Below, piece by piece: positions 1-11,783 of a stretch of 44,669 bases of DNA. Each line of letters opens with the position of its first letter. Within the stretch, counting starts at the first letter, position 1. The position numbers and the translations under genes are program-made. The notes below the pieces were generated by a model, which was not told the origin of the DNA, did no database searches, and worked only from the letters and a program-made list of their open reading frames with translations. This DNA is from Geosiphon pyriformis uo1 (lineage: Eukaryota > Fungi > Glomeromycota): positions 1,003,956-1,048,624 of the forward strand of contig JAAOMT010000586.1 in the NCBI GenBank assembly GCA_016748015.1, given 5' to 3'.

Positions 1-910
1 AAATTTTTATATCAAATTTTTTGAAATTATTGTTAACTGTAAACAAAATAATAAATTAAAAAAAAACAGATTTGCTATTTAATAAATATAAAAAAGCAAG
101 TAAAATTTTTTGGTTAAAAATTAATAGTATAATAAAAACTGATATTAAAGATTTTTTATTAATCTGTAAAATAAAAAATCAAATATTTAATAAATAGTGA
201 CATAATAAAAACTTTATTTATTTAAGATTTTTTGTTAAGTTACAAAATTAGTATTGAAACACAAATGACTTTTTTAACTGTCTAATTTCAAGATTTTTTG
301 CTAATTTAATACTGATTTCACTAGAACATAAGTAATTTTTTTAATTATTTAGTATTAAAAATTTTTTATTAATCTAGGAGAATAAAAAATTTGATATTTA
401 ATATGTATTAAAAATATGCTAGCTAAAAAATATTTCTAATTTTTTGTATTTTTTTTAGAATTTTTAATCTAACTAATAACTTGCTAAGAATTGAAAAATA
501 AAATGTAAATCAAACTAAATAAATAATGAATTTTTAATTAATATTTACAAATTAATGTTGATTAAAAGTAAAATTAGGTCTATTAAACATAAAATCTTTA
601 TTACTAACTTTTTAAAAAAAAAAAGACTAAAATAGTAAAGTTAAAATCTTTTTAGCAAAAAATTATTAAAATTAATAAAACAAATTATTTTTTATTACAA
701 TATTTTAGAACAATGAGTTCAATAAAAGTTACAAAAAAGCATTGTGAAAAAACTAAATATACTATATTATTATTATGTCTAGTATTAATTAGATTAAAAA
801 AAAAGCATATTTACAAGTAGAAAACAACTTTTTATTAAATAATAATATTATAATAATTGATGATATAAATAAACTGTGCTTTAAAAGTAAAAATTTAACA
901 AATAATTTTA
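1..910 (+). repeat. AT-rich interspersed repeat family, copy A (runs off window start)
   Basis: 1-910 aligns by eye with 1965-2877; 1-506 also matches the reverse complement of 34123-34464 plus 27051-27224. Confidence 0.85.
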
Positions 911-1504
911 ATACAACAAATAAAATAAAATTTAGAATGTAAATTAAATTTTAGGAATGTAATTAAACTAGTAACAAAGAAATTATGTAGTAATACTATA
1001 GATTAATTGTTAATAATAATTGAATATAATCAAGCTTTGAAAAAAAATATGGGTTTTTTAATATTATAATGTATAAAATTATTACTCATAATAATGCTTA
1101 AGTATAAGTTCAGCAAAATAATATTTATTATTAATTATTTAAATTATATTATAAAGAGTAATTTTGCATAATTTAAACAAATATATTATTGAGTAATTTA
1201 ACATGAATTTTAATAAAAACAAGACAAAAAAGTTATAAAAAAGAAGTAAACAGCCAGATTTTATAGTATTTGTTATTTATTAGCTATAAATAAATATTAT
1301 ATTTGTAAGTAAAGTCAATTTATCTACAAAAAAACAATATATATAAAAATTGTAATAATTTAATTTGTGTTGGTATTTTTATAAAAAACTGTTATAGATT
1401 TAGGTGTTAATATTAAAATACTTGGTTTTTAATTTGTTAATAAAACAAATTAGATTAATTTTTCTTTTATAATTCTTGTAAATAATTTTTTTTGGCCTTT
1501 TTCT

Positions 1505-2877
1505 ACAGATTATAAAATAAATTTCTATATTATAATTTTGTTTAAAAAACATATACTATAAGTGATATTAGCCAAATATTAGCTTTAATCTTAGTAAAAA
1601 AATTACAAAGATTTATTTGAATTAAAATAATACTAAATTCAATATTTTAATACACAAAAATACTATTAAAGCTTATTAAAAATCATATTGTGTTTATTGT
1701 GCTTTGGTTGTAACAATAAATAATTTTAACTTAATTATAAACCTAATTTTAAAAATACCAAGATTATTATAATAATTGAATTTTATATCTAAATTGTGAA
1801 TTATTTTATTTATAAAATTATGTAATTTATGTAAAATTTTGTTTTACATACATATATTTAAAGTTCATAGAAACAAAATACATAAGTACTTTAAACACAA
1901 ATCTGCAAAATAAAACATTTTTGATTTTCTAAATAAATGCAATATAAACAATTAATCATAAAATAAATTTTTATACTAAATTTCTTAAAATTATCACTGA
2001 TTGTAAACAAGACAATAGACAAAAAAAGTAAATTTGTTGTTTAATAACTATATACAGAAAAGTAAAATCTTTTAAGTAAAAATTAATAATATAATAAGAA
2101 TTGATGTTAAAATTTTTTTATTAATTTGTGAAATAAAAAATTAGATATCTAATAAATAGTAGCTTAATAAAAACTTTAATCATTCAAAAATTTTTGCAAA
2201 GCCACAAAACTAGTATTAAAACACAAATAAATTTTTTAGTTGTCTGATGTTCAAAGTTTTTTATTAATTTAGCACTAGTTTTATTAAAAAATAAGTGATT
2301 TTTTTGGTTATCTGAGATTAAAAACTTTTCACTAATTTGTGAAATAAGAAATCAAATATTTAATATATATTAAAAATATATTAACTAAAAAATATTTCTA
2401 ATTTTTTGTATCTTCTTTTTCAGAATTTTTAATCTAATTAACAGCTTGTTAAGAGTTAAAAAATAAAGTATAAATTAGGCAAAATAAATAATGATTCTTT
2501 AATTAATATTTACAATTCAATATTAATTAAAAGTAAAATTGGATTTATTAAACATAAAATCTTTATTACTAACTTTTTAAAAAAAAACTATAAAGTAATA
2601 AAAATATGAGTTTTTTAGCAAAAAGTTATTAAAATTAATAGAACTAATTATTTTTTATTATAATATTTTAGAACAATAAATTTGATAAAAAAAAAATTCC
2701 AAAAAAATATTGTAAAAAAACTAAGTATACTATATTATTATTATGTTTAGTATTAATTAAATTAAAAAAAAGCACATTTACAAGTAGAAAACAATTTTTT
2801 TTTAATAATAACATTATAATAATTGATAATATAAATAAACTGTACTTTAAAAATAAAGTTTTAGTAAATGATTTTAA
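1505..2877 (+). repeat. AT-rich repeat family, copy B
   Basis: 1965-2877 is homologous to copy A; 1507-2092 is homologous to 4080-4761. Confidence 0.85.
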
Positions 2878-4079
2878 GATTAAAAAACCAATATGTTTTA
2901 ATTATTTTAGTATTATTAAAATAAATCAATAAAGATAGTAAAAACTGGTAGTTTATTTGTTGAATTAAATATATACAAAATACTTTTACTATTATTAATT
3001 TTTCTGTTTATTTTGGATTTTTACTTAAAAAACAATAATTAATATATTTGATTCTTTTTTATTTGATAAATCTATTAAAAAATTACTTTTTTTCTTTTTT
3101 CTACAGTATTACCAGTAGAATTTTAGCTATTAATTAACATGAAATTACTCTTATAATTTCTATTATTAATTAGTATATATTATTATCATGTTAATTATCA
3201 CTTATTATTTAATCAAATTATCAAATATTATCATTCAATTAATAATTCGATTTGTACCATAGAAATTAAGATGATCAAATTACACAATATTCTGAACCAT
3301 TTAATATAGTCAAAATTCACCGAAATTGATGAAAATTGGCCGAAATAATTAATAGTTTGTAGAAATAATTTGTAGTTCACTGAAATATATTTTTAGTTTG
3401 CTGAAATTAAAGCAAAAAGAAAAATACAAGTTCAAAGACTAATACTACAACAAATTATATAAAAGAAAAGCTTTTCTCTTCAAAAAAATGTATCTTACCA
3501 TAGTATTTTACTTTAGATATCTTAATTAAAACAAATCACTTTTTACACATCTCAAATAAAAAAAATTAAATATTTAAAAACCAAATCTTTTAAATTATTA
3601 CACTTAAAATTCCTTTAACACAACTAACATTTTGAAATTAATTAACTACTAATTTCAGTAATCTGTTAGTGACTTCAAGTCTGGATAGAAAATGTTTCCT
3701 TTGTTAGAATCCTAATTTTTTATATTTTTTATATTTTTTATATTTTTCTTTTTTTTTCTTATTATAATTATTAGAATAGTCTACAGACAAAATTTCTGTA
3801 GAAAAGTTGACTTTTACAGCAAAATAACTACATATTTTTAGTGAGCTTTCAAACAAGCAATTTCTGGAAAAGAGTTGATGTTTACTACAATGTAACTATA
3901 CAAAGCAACTGGTATGGAATTGGCCATTCCACTTATAAGCCTAGTAGTTCAAATTATAGAAGATAATTTGAAGATAAATTCAGTTATTGGAGGTTTAACT
4001 ACTTTTTTTAGTTGTGAATTCACAATAAACAGATATTAACAATATTTAAGAAAAGAAACCAAAAACCTTTAATAACAAT

Positions 4080-4761
4080 AGATTGTAAAATAGATTTTTA
4101 TATTATAAATTTTGTTTAAAAAATATATATTATAATTAATATTAGTTAAGTATTAGCTTTAGTCTTAATAAAAAAGATTACAAAAATTTATTTAAATTAA
4201 AATAATACTAAATTCAATATTTTTATACACAAAAATATTATTAAAACTTAATAAAAATTATATTGTGTCTATTATGTTTTGGTTATAACAATGAGTGTTT
4301 TTAATTTATTTATAAATCTAATTTTAAAAATACTGAGTTTACTATAATAATTGAATTTCATATTTTAATTGTAAATTATTTTATTTATTAAATTTCATAA
4401 TTTTGGTTCTACTGCTTATTTTTGCATAATTACAATTTTTTATATAAGCACCAATCTCCAAATTTTATGTAAAGTTTTGCTTTATACACACATATTTAAA
4501 GTCCATAGAAACAATATATTTTTAGTTAATGTTGAAAAACAAAATACATAAGTATTTTAAATACAAGTTTGTAAAATAAAACATTTTGAACTTTCTAAAT
4601 AAATACAATATAAAACAATATGATCTTAAAATAAATTATTATATTAAATCTTTTGAAATTATCATTAACTATAAAAAAGACAATAGACAAAAAAAAACAA
4701 ATTTACTATTTAATAACTATAAAAAAGCAAGTAAAATTTTTTAGTTAAAAATTAATGATAT
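4080..4761 (+). repeat. AT-rich repeat family, copy C, truncated by an LTR-like insertion at 4762
   Basis: Matches 1507-2092; homology stops abruptly at 'attaatgatat|tgttatcc'. Confidence 0.8.
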
Positions 4762-4803
4762 TGTTATCCAATAAAAATTAACAAAAATCAAAAATAATAA
4801 TAT

Positions 4804-5430
4804 TGTTATGGTTAAAACTCATAGTTTTTATTAGTTATCACATGTATTAGCCACTAATGTCATATAATTAACCACCCTATTTTTAAATAATAATTATTAA
4901 CCACTTTCAATAGATATATAAGTAATGAGTCTCTTAGCTGTAGAAAAATATCAATGTAAGGAATCAAGACAATCAAAGAAATAAAATAACAAACTTCTAT
5001 CTCAAACATTTTCTTATTGCTAATTTCTCTTTCCTTACCTTCAAGTATCTAAACATTTTTTGGATAAAAGATTACTTGTTGGCACTTTTCTGAAACGTGT
5101 AATTGCAGTATTTAAAGATTATTTGAATAAACATGACTGAAAAGCATAAGTTAATACCTGATATTGAATTCTAAGAATGCTGATATAAGACATAAAATTA
5201 TACCAGCAGTTATCAATTGTTGACAGTACAGACTATCCTTCTATTTTCAAATTCCCTTGTTACCTTTTGAAAAAAATAACAACTGAGATATTTTATGAGA
5301 CTGATCTCGCACATTGAATCCATACTTATTCAATTTGCTCATTGAAGTTGAATTTCCTTAGATTATTTTTATTACCCTACAATCCTGTTTTCCCTTGCTA
5401 TCCATTAGTTTGTTACTCCAACCCATAACA
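4804..5430 (+). repeat. 5' LTR (627 bp)
   Basis: TGTTATGG...CCATAACA terminal inverted repeat; about 90% identical to 11753-12472 apart from a 96-bp and a 3-bp indel. Confidence 0.95.
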
Positions 5431-5436
5431 TAAAAG

Positions 5437-5453
5437 TGGTGCTCCCTGTAAGG
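5437..5453 (+). promoter_or_regulatory. Primer-binding site, probably tRNA-Ile(UAU)
   Basis: TGGTGCTCCCTGTAAGG starts 6 nt after the LTR; TGGTGCTC is complementary to the ...GAGCACCA 3' end typical of tRNA-Ile(UAU). Confidence 0.7.
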
Positions 5454-5482
5454 TTGTCAAAATCCACTTTGTTTTCTATTGT

Positions 5483-7036
5483 ATGAGTGATTATTCATAC
5501 CTGTCACAACAATCAGAAGAACACTTTAAAGCACACAACAAAAACGATCTAGACTTTATTGAACTCAATCTTTTGCTCTCCTGCTTGATTTGCTTTCCCA
5601 TTGAAAAACAATTCAGTAGACAATTCCAAGACTTTTGGAACTGGTTCTTGAATGAGCATTCAGCTGAAACCTACACAGCTTATACAATCTATTACTTTAA
5701 CCAAGCTTATTTTGAAGACGACTTTGAAAGAAGAAACAACAGTATCAATCAGCTTTTATATTCTGCAACCTTTGAACAACAGCCCTTTGATTTTGAATAT
5801 CTGAATCATCAAATCCACATTTAGATTGCTGCTTATCAATCAACAGAAACTCCTCTTGAAACAGAAGAAGAAAGCTATTAAACTGCTCCTGTTTTTGATT
5901 TCTTTTCAAGTGAATCAGAACACTCCACACAAACAGTTACACCTGAACCAATGGCTTAAGATTCTCTGCAACAAAACATTTTGATTGCCCTCCAAGATAT
6001 ACAGACTGCTTTAGGGTGAAGAAACAACACCCCATTACCATTATTCAGAGGTGATGCCCAAGATCCAATTGAATGGTTAGATAACTTTGAGAGAGCTGCT
6101 ACAGCCAATCAATATGATGATGAGTACAAGTTTCAAATTGTTTGTAGCGACCTCCAAGGCTCCCCTGTTACATGGTTTTTACAGAAAACTGATGCTAATG
6201 CCCATCAAAAAATCATTAGATAGATGCCAGCAAATGCTGGAGAAAACAACACCTCTTTTACAACCCAGTTTGAAAACAAGTTCAGAACTCCAATCTTGAT
6301 ATCCAAGTGGCACATGGAATTAGAAAAAAGAACCCAAGGCCCAAGAAAAGTGGTAACTGAATATGCCAAAGCAATCAGAAAATTGATCAAGCATGTAGAT
6401 TCTGGAAAAAACTAGACAGAAGAGCAAAAAATTCATTCCTTTACAAAAGAACAGAGAACTGATTTATCTTATGCTCTTTAGCCTCTTTTGGCTCTGAAAG
6501 ATAATCCTACAATGAACATGGCTATTGAACTTGCCCAACGAATTGAAGACAATCAAAGAATGCATTTGGGGTCTACACTTCCAGTTTTTGCTTCTGTTCC
6601 TGTCATGGCTTCTGCTTCTCAAATGGCTGTTACTTTTTTTGCTGCCCAAACTCAAGACCCAAATGAACAGTTGATAGATAGACTTACAGCAAATCTTGCT
6701 TGGCTATTAGAACCATTAGCCCAAGCAGTCAGAGATAACCAGCAACCCTAAAGACCCAGATTTGAACCATGCTTCAATCAACTTCAACAATCACCTTATT
6801 AAAGACAACAAAATCATGGCCCATCTGTGTGCTATCACTGTAAATTAACTGGACATTTTTCAAGAGATTGCAACAATCTTCCCTTACCCCCTCCAGCTCC
6901 CAGAAACAATAATAACCAAAACAACAGAACCATTAACAATAATGCCCCCAATTAAAGACCTAATTATGCCAATATCAATTTCTTTGGAGAGGATTTCCTA
7001 GTTAAAGCCACTGTTTATTAGTTTTTAAACTGGTAG
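5483..7036 (+). pseudogene. gag: Gypsy gag (capsid-like region plus CX2CX4HX4C zinc knuckle), several premature stops, single frame
   Basis: ORFs 5483, 6224 and 6488 share one frame; PLPLFRGDAQDPIEWLDNFERAATAN is retrotransposon-gag-like; CYHCKLTGHFSRDC at ~6830-6871. Confidence 0.88.
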
Positions 7037-7086
7037 GCACATCTCCAAAGGGTGAGAGTGCAAGCCAACCAGAAGAAAACCTCTTT
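7024..7086 (+). promoter_or_regulatory. -1 programmed ribosomal frameshift signal (slippery heptamer plus H-type pseudoknot)
   Basis: T TTA AAC in gag phase; 6-nt spacer containing the gag TAG; stem1 GCAC(a)TCTC/GAGAGTGC; stem2 AAAGGG/CTCTTT; the -1 frame is open into pol. Confidence 0.78.
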
Positions 7087-10000
7087 TATGCCTTTAACTT
7101 AACTGATGATAATCATGACATGGATGAACTAGCAATTAACACCACAAAATCAACAAGGAAGAAAAAGAAAGCCAAGGTTAATTTCGTTTTGGATCCAAAC
7201 AAATCATTCACATCAACTGCTGATAATAATAAGCCACCAAAGGCTAAAATTTTTAAGAATTCTTCAAAGCTAGAACTCCCAGAAATAGTACAAAAATCTG
7301 AATCTTATTCTGTTGTCAAAGATCTCATGGAAACCCCAGCACACATTATCTTTGGCCAGTTAATAATCCATCTACAGTTCAGAAAAAATCTCCACAAATC
7401 TCTAATCCCCAAGAAAAAAACACCAAAGACCAATAAACACTCTTGCCAAGCTAGACTTGTTGACAACAGCAATGTCACTTTTCTAATTTGCAAAACACAA
7501 ATGACTGGTTACTTTATTGACTTGATCCTAAACAGTAGATCATCTGTTAGTGTAATTGCCAAACACTTCCTTGAAGCAATTGGCAGAAAAATTGATGAGC
7601 CTTCTACCCAACCAATGACCAATGTACATGGTAACAAGAAGAAAGATCTGGGCATTGCCAAAGCTATTCCTGTTCACATCAATAATATCAGTATTGAAAC
7701 TGACATGGAAGTTTTTGAAGCTAAAGAATACACCATTATTGTTGGCAATGAGTGGCTCAAGAAAGCAAAAGCCTTACTCAACTATAAACTTTATGAGCTA
7801 ACTATAAGATGTAATGAAAAACCTATTGTGGTTAAATGTTGCCATTGGACAACTCCTCCAGCAACCAAACAAAATCAAGAAGATAAGCAATCAGAGGAAT
7901 CAGATGATGAAGAGAGTGATAAAGAAAATGAACAAGAAAAACAAAAAGAAACTGCTGAACTCACCTACACTACCTTCACCAGCAATGGCAAGCCACTAGA
8001 CAATGTTAAAGCTGATAGAAAGAGAATCATTGTAAATAGCAAGCTAATCTACTAGTCCTACTATGATATTCTAAAAAGAACCTTTGACCAAAAGCCTGGC
8101 AAGAAAGCCAAATACAGTTATTGGTGGCATGGCCCTTGTGCCCGGTGCTGGTGCAATAAATCTTTGTATTCTCCAAGTAATGAATGTAAATCATGCCTAA
8201 TCTATTACAAAGATTGGGAACCAATTAGCCTAATACCAAGAGATGAATTAAAAGAAGTACAGAAGTCCTTTGAAAATAAACCACCTGAGATTTAATTATT
8301 AGTAATAAAACAAAGAGAACCCTCCCCAAAAGAAAAAAAGATAGACATTGAAAATCTGTTGGCAAGAAACAGCCCAGTTATCTCAAAAGAAAATAATACT
8401 CCAGGATGAACCCATGTAATACAACACACCATCATCACCAGAAAAACTTGTCCCATTTATTTGAAGTCTTACCAATTCAATCGCCGAAATAATGAATTCA
8501 TCAAGAAAGAAATAAACCAGATAAAAGAACTTGGATTTATACAAGAAACCAAGAGTGAATGAGCTTTCCCAGTTGTAGTGGTATTCAAGAAAGATGGAAC
8601 CCTATGCTTCTGTGTTGACTACTGCCAATTAAATGCCATTACTAAAAGAAACATGTATCTATTTCCCAAGATTGATGCAATGCTGGACCAATTCAAAAAT
8701 GCTGTTTTCTTTTCAACCATTGATTTAACTGCTGGATTCTGGCAAGTAGAGATGAATCCAGAAAGCCAGAAGAAAACCACCTTCATTACCAAGTATGGCA
8801 CCTATGAATTCACAGTCATGCCTTTTGGTCTCACCAATGCTCCTTCTATCTTTCAATGCTTAATAGATAAAGTATTTGAATCAGTGAAAGAAAACTTTGT
8901 TCTGGTCTATTTAGATGATATAATAGTGTACTTAAAAACCTGAGATGAACACCTTGAATATTTGCAAAAGGTTTTTGATCTTCTTAAAAATACAGGTCTC
9001 AAGATCAACCCAATCAAATCTTTCTTTGGAAGACAATCCACCCAATTCTTTGGCCATTTTATTACAAAAAATAGAATCTTCTCTGATCCAGCCAAAGTAA
9101 AAAAAGTTTAGAACATAAGACAACCAATGAATGTTTATGAGTTACGTTTTTTCCTTGGTTTGGCTTCTTATTATCACAAATTTGTTAAGTATTTCTCCAA
9201 AATTGTCTCTCCACTCAATTAGCTATTCAAAAAAAATGTTAACTACTATTGGAGCACATATCAGCAGAAAGCATTTGAAACTTTCAAAGAAAAATTGGTT
9301 ATAGAACCTATTCTCAAGCAATCTGATCTGGATCAACCTTTCATCCTTCACACTGATGCATTTGGCTATGGACTTGGTGCTGTTCTCTTACAAAAAAATG
9401 AAGATGGCAGGAAACATGCAATAGCTTATGCCAGTAAAACTCTTACATCAGCAGAAAAGAACTATTCAGTTACTGAGCAGGAATACTTAGCAGTAGTTTG
9501 GGCTACCAGCTACTAGGATAAGTATCTCCTTGGTGTGAAGTTTTTGGTGGTAACAGATCACCAAGCTTTGGTTTGGCTGCGCAACAAAAAAAGGCTAAAA
9601 CATAAACAGATAGCCCACTGGATATTCCACTTGGATGAATTTGACTATGATATTCAACACCATAAAAGAGCTAATCATCAAAATGCTAATGCTCTCTTCA
9701 GACTTACCACCAAATGACAGTACAACTTCTCAAACCAAACCAACCTAATTATTAATAATTCTCTTACAACCAAAAACGATAATAGATTTGGACAACTACT
9801 CTGCCTTAATGATAAAGGACAATACTCACTGGAATATACTTGACAGCAAAAAGAACATTTGCACAAACAATCAAATTTTTATTTGATCTGCCAGAACCAA
9901 TTATACAAAAGAAATAGAAAAGATCTTGACTGCCCCCAAAGAGTTATAAGATTTAAAGAAAAAGAAATTGTGATCTATAACATGTACACTGATCCATTAG

Positions 10001-11130
10001 CTAGACACTTTGGAAAAACAAAAACAATTCAGAAAACTCTAGCTCACTATTATTGGCCTACCTTAGAAAAAGACATAGCTGAGTACATCAAAACCTGTGA
10101 TACCTGCCAAAAAAGAAAAAAACCCAATCGCAAAGAAGACATCCATCTAATTTCTGTTGGCCAACTCTTTGACAGAATTGGTATAGATGTTGTTGGACCA
10201 TTAACAGTAACTCTTGATGGCAACAGATACATTATTACAGCTACTAACTATCTTACAAAGTGGGTAGAAGCAAGAGTGACTCCAGATCAAACAGCAGTTT
10301 CTATTGCTAATTTTATTTATGAAAATATCATTTGTCACTATGGCTGCCTCAAAGAACTTTTATCTGATAGAGGAAGAGCTTTTTTCAGTACACTGGTTGA
10401 AGAACTTTGTAGAAAAATAGGAATACGTCACAAACTTTTCTCCTTTTATCACCCCCAAACAAATGGCCTAGTAGAACATTTCAATAGAACACTGTGTGAA
10501 ACTCTAACCAAAACCAGTGAAAAAACAAACTTATGGGACAAAGTACTGTTTTCAGCTTTGTTTACTTATAGAACTGTAAATCATAACATAACAAGTTATG
10601 AACCTTTTTACCTGCTCTATGGACAAATGGCAACACTATCAATAGAAACTGATATTAAGACAATACCCTTTGAAGAAATCACAATAGGGAATTACAAAGA
10701 CATTTTGCAAAGAAGACTTAGTACCATTCTTGACTCATTGGTAGAGGCACAGATAATTGCCTTTAAAAAGATAAAACAGTTCTAAGAGAAGCTTAAGAAA
10801 AAGAAAACCTATAAAACACTTTTTTTAAGCATTGGTGATTTGGTTTTGGAATACCATTCAGACAAAGACAATGTCTATGGTAATAAATTCTCTAGCTGAT
10901 GGAAAGAACCCTTTATAGTTAACAAAGTTCTGAACAATGGTTCTTATATTCTTTAAGATCAATCCAGAACAATCTTTAATGATTGTCCTGTTTATGGCAT
11001 GCGACTCAAGAAATATTATAAATGATCTAATTGGTTACCTGTTGTGGTAATACCAACCCAAATGATCAGCAAAAATCAGATATAAATAAATGCACCACTT
11101 CCAAAACAGAGGTATCTTCAATCAACATGA
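7030..11130 (+). pseudogene. pol: Gypsy pol: aspartic protease, RT, RNase H, integrase (with GPF module)
   Basis: LILNSRSSVS (degenerate LDSGS), IDLTAGFWQV, VMPFGLTNAP, VYLDDIIVY, LHTDAFGYGLGAVL, H..CDTC, IGIDVVGP, SDRG, YHPQTNGLVE; all in one frame with about 15 stops and no frameshifts. Confidence 0.95.
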
Positions 11131-11783
11131 ACAATTATTTTCTGGATCAAAACATTCAAAACGCTTTCTATACTCTTTATGAGTATTGGATTAAAAACTA
11201 TTTAAATGCTACTCTGACCATTGGAAAACAAACTACAATAACTGACAATAGTGGAACACATACTATTATTAGACCAAAGAAAACAACTACCAGAAGAGAA
11301 AGAATTGGTAGCAAAATGGATAAGTATTTGCTGGAAAGTATAATAACAGCAATACTTGTACCTTCCATTACAATTGGAAAAACAATTAAAAAAATTTTGC
11401 CCATAGACAAAAACTTGTCATATGGAAGACAACTAGAACTTTATGGTCGCCTTTGTAAAATCATAGAAGATATAAAGCTTATAAAGAAAACAACTTCTAA
11501 GATACAAATAGAAATTTTGGACATTATACAATTAGATGTCTCAAGAGTTTTGACCATTGCAAAAAAAGCCAAAACTCTTATACAAAGATTTGGTCTCTTG
11601 GACACAAAGCTCATTTTGTTTCAAGTTTTATATACCTTATCCACAAAAAACTTCAACAAACTAGTTAGTTTTGAGTTAAATAAAACCCTTCAAATAGAGT
11701 ATCTCCTAAATAGTTTGATTTTGCCAGAGCTCAATCTCTTTGGAAAAGATGATGTTATGGTTGAAACTTATAGTTTTTATTAG
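11127..11783 (+). CDS. Gypsy ORF3, 218 aa, unknown function; overlaps PPT and 3' LTR start
   Basis: Open frame (ORF track 11031-11783); ATG at 11127 overlaps a pol-frame TGA (ATGA). Confidence 0.65.
   Translation: MNNYFLDQNIQNAFYTLYEYWIKNYLNATLTIGKQTTITDNSGTHTIIRPKKTTTRRERIGSKMDKYLLESIITAILVPSITIGKTIKKILPIDKNLSYGRQLELYGRLCKIIEDIKLIKKTTSKIQIEILDIIQLDVSRVLTIAKKAKTLIQRFGLLDTKLILFQVLYTLSTKNFNKLVSFELNKTLQIEYLLNSLILPELNLFGKDDVMVETYSFY
11742..11752 (+). promoter_or_regulatory. Polypurine tract
   Basis: GGAAAAGATGA immediately before the 3' LTR TG. Confidence 0.7.

Noticed and set aside
11127-11783. ORF3 as env, or a chromodomain after integrase
   Set aside because: No signal peptide, convincing TM segment or chromodomain aromatic-cage motif visible.
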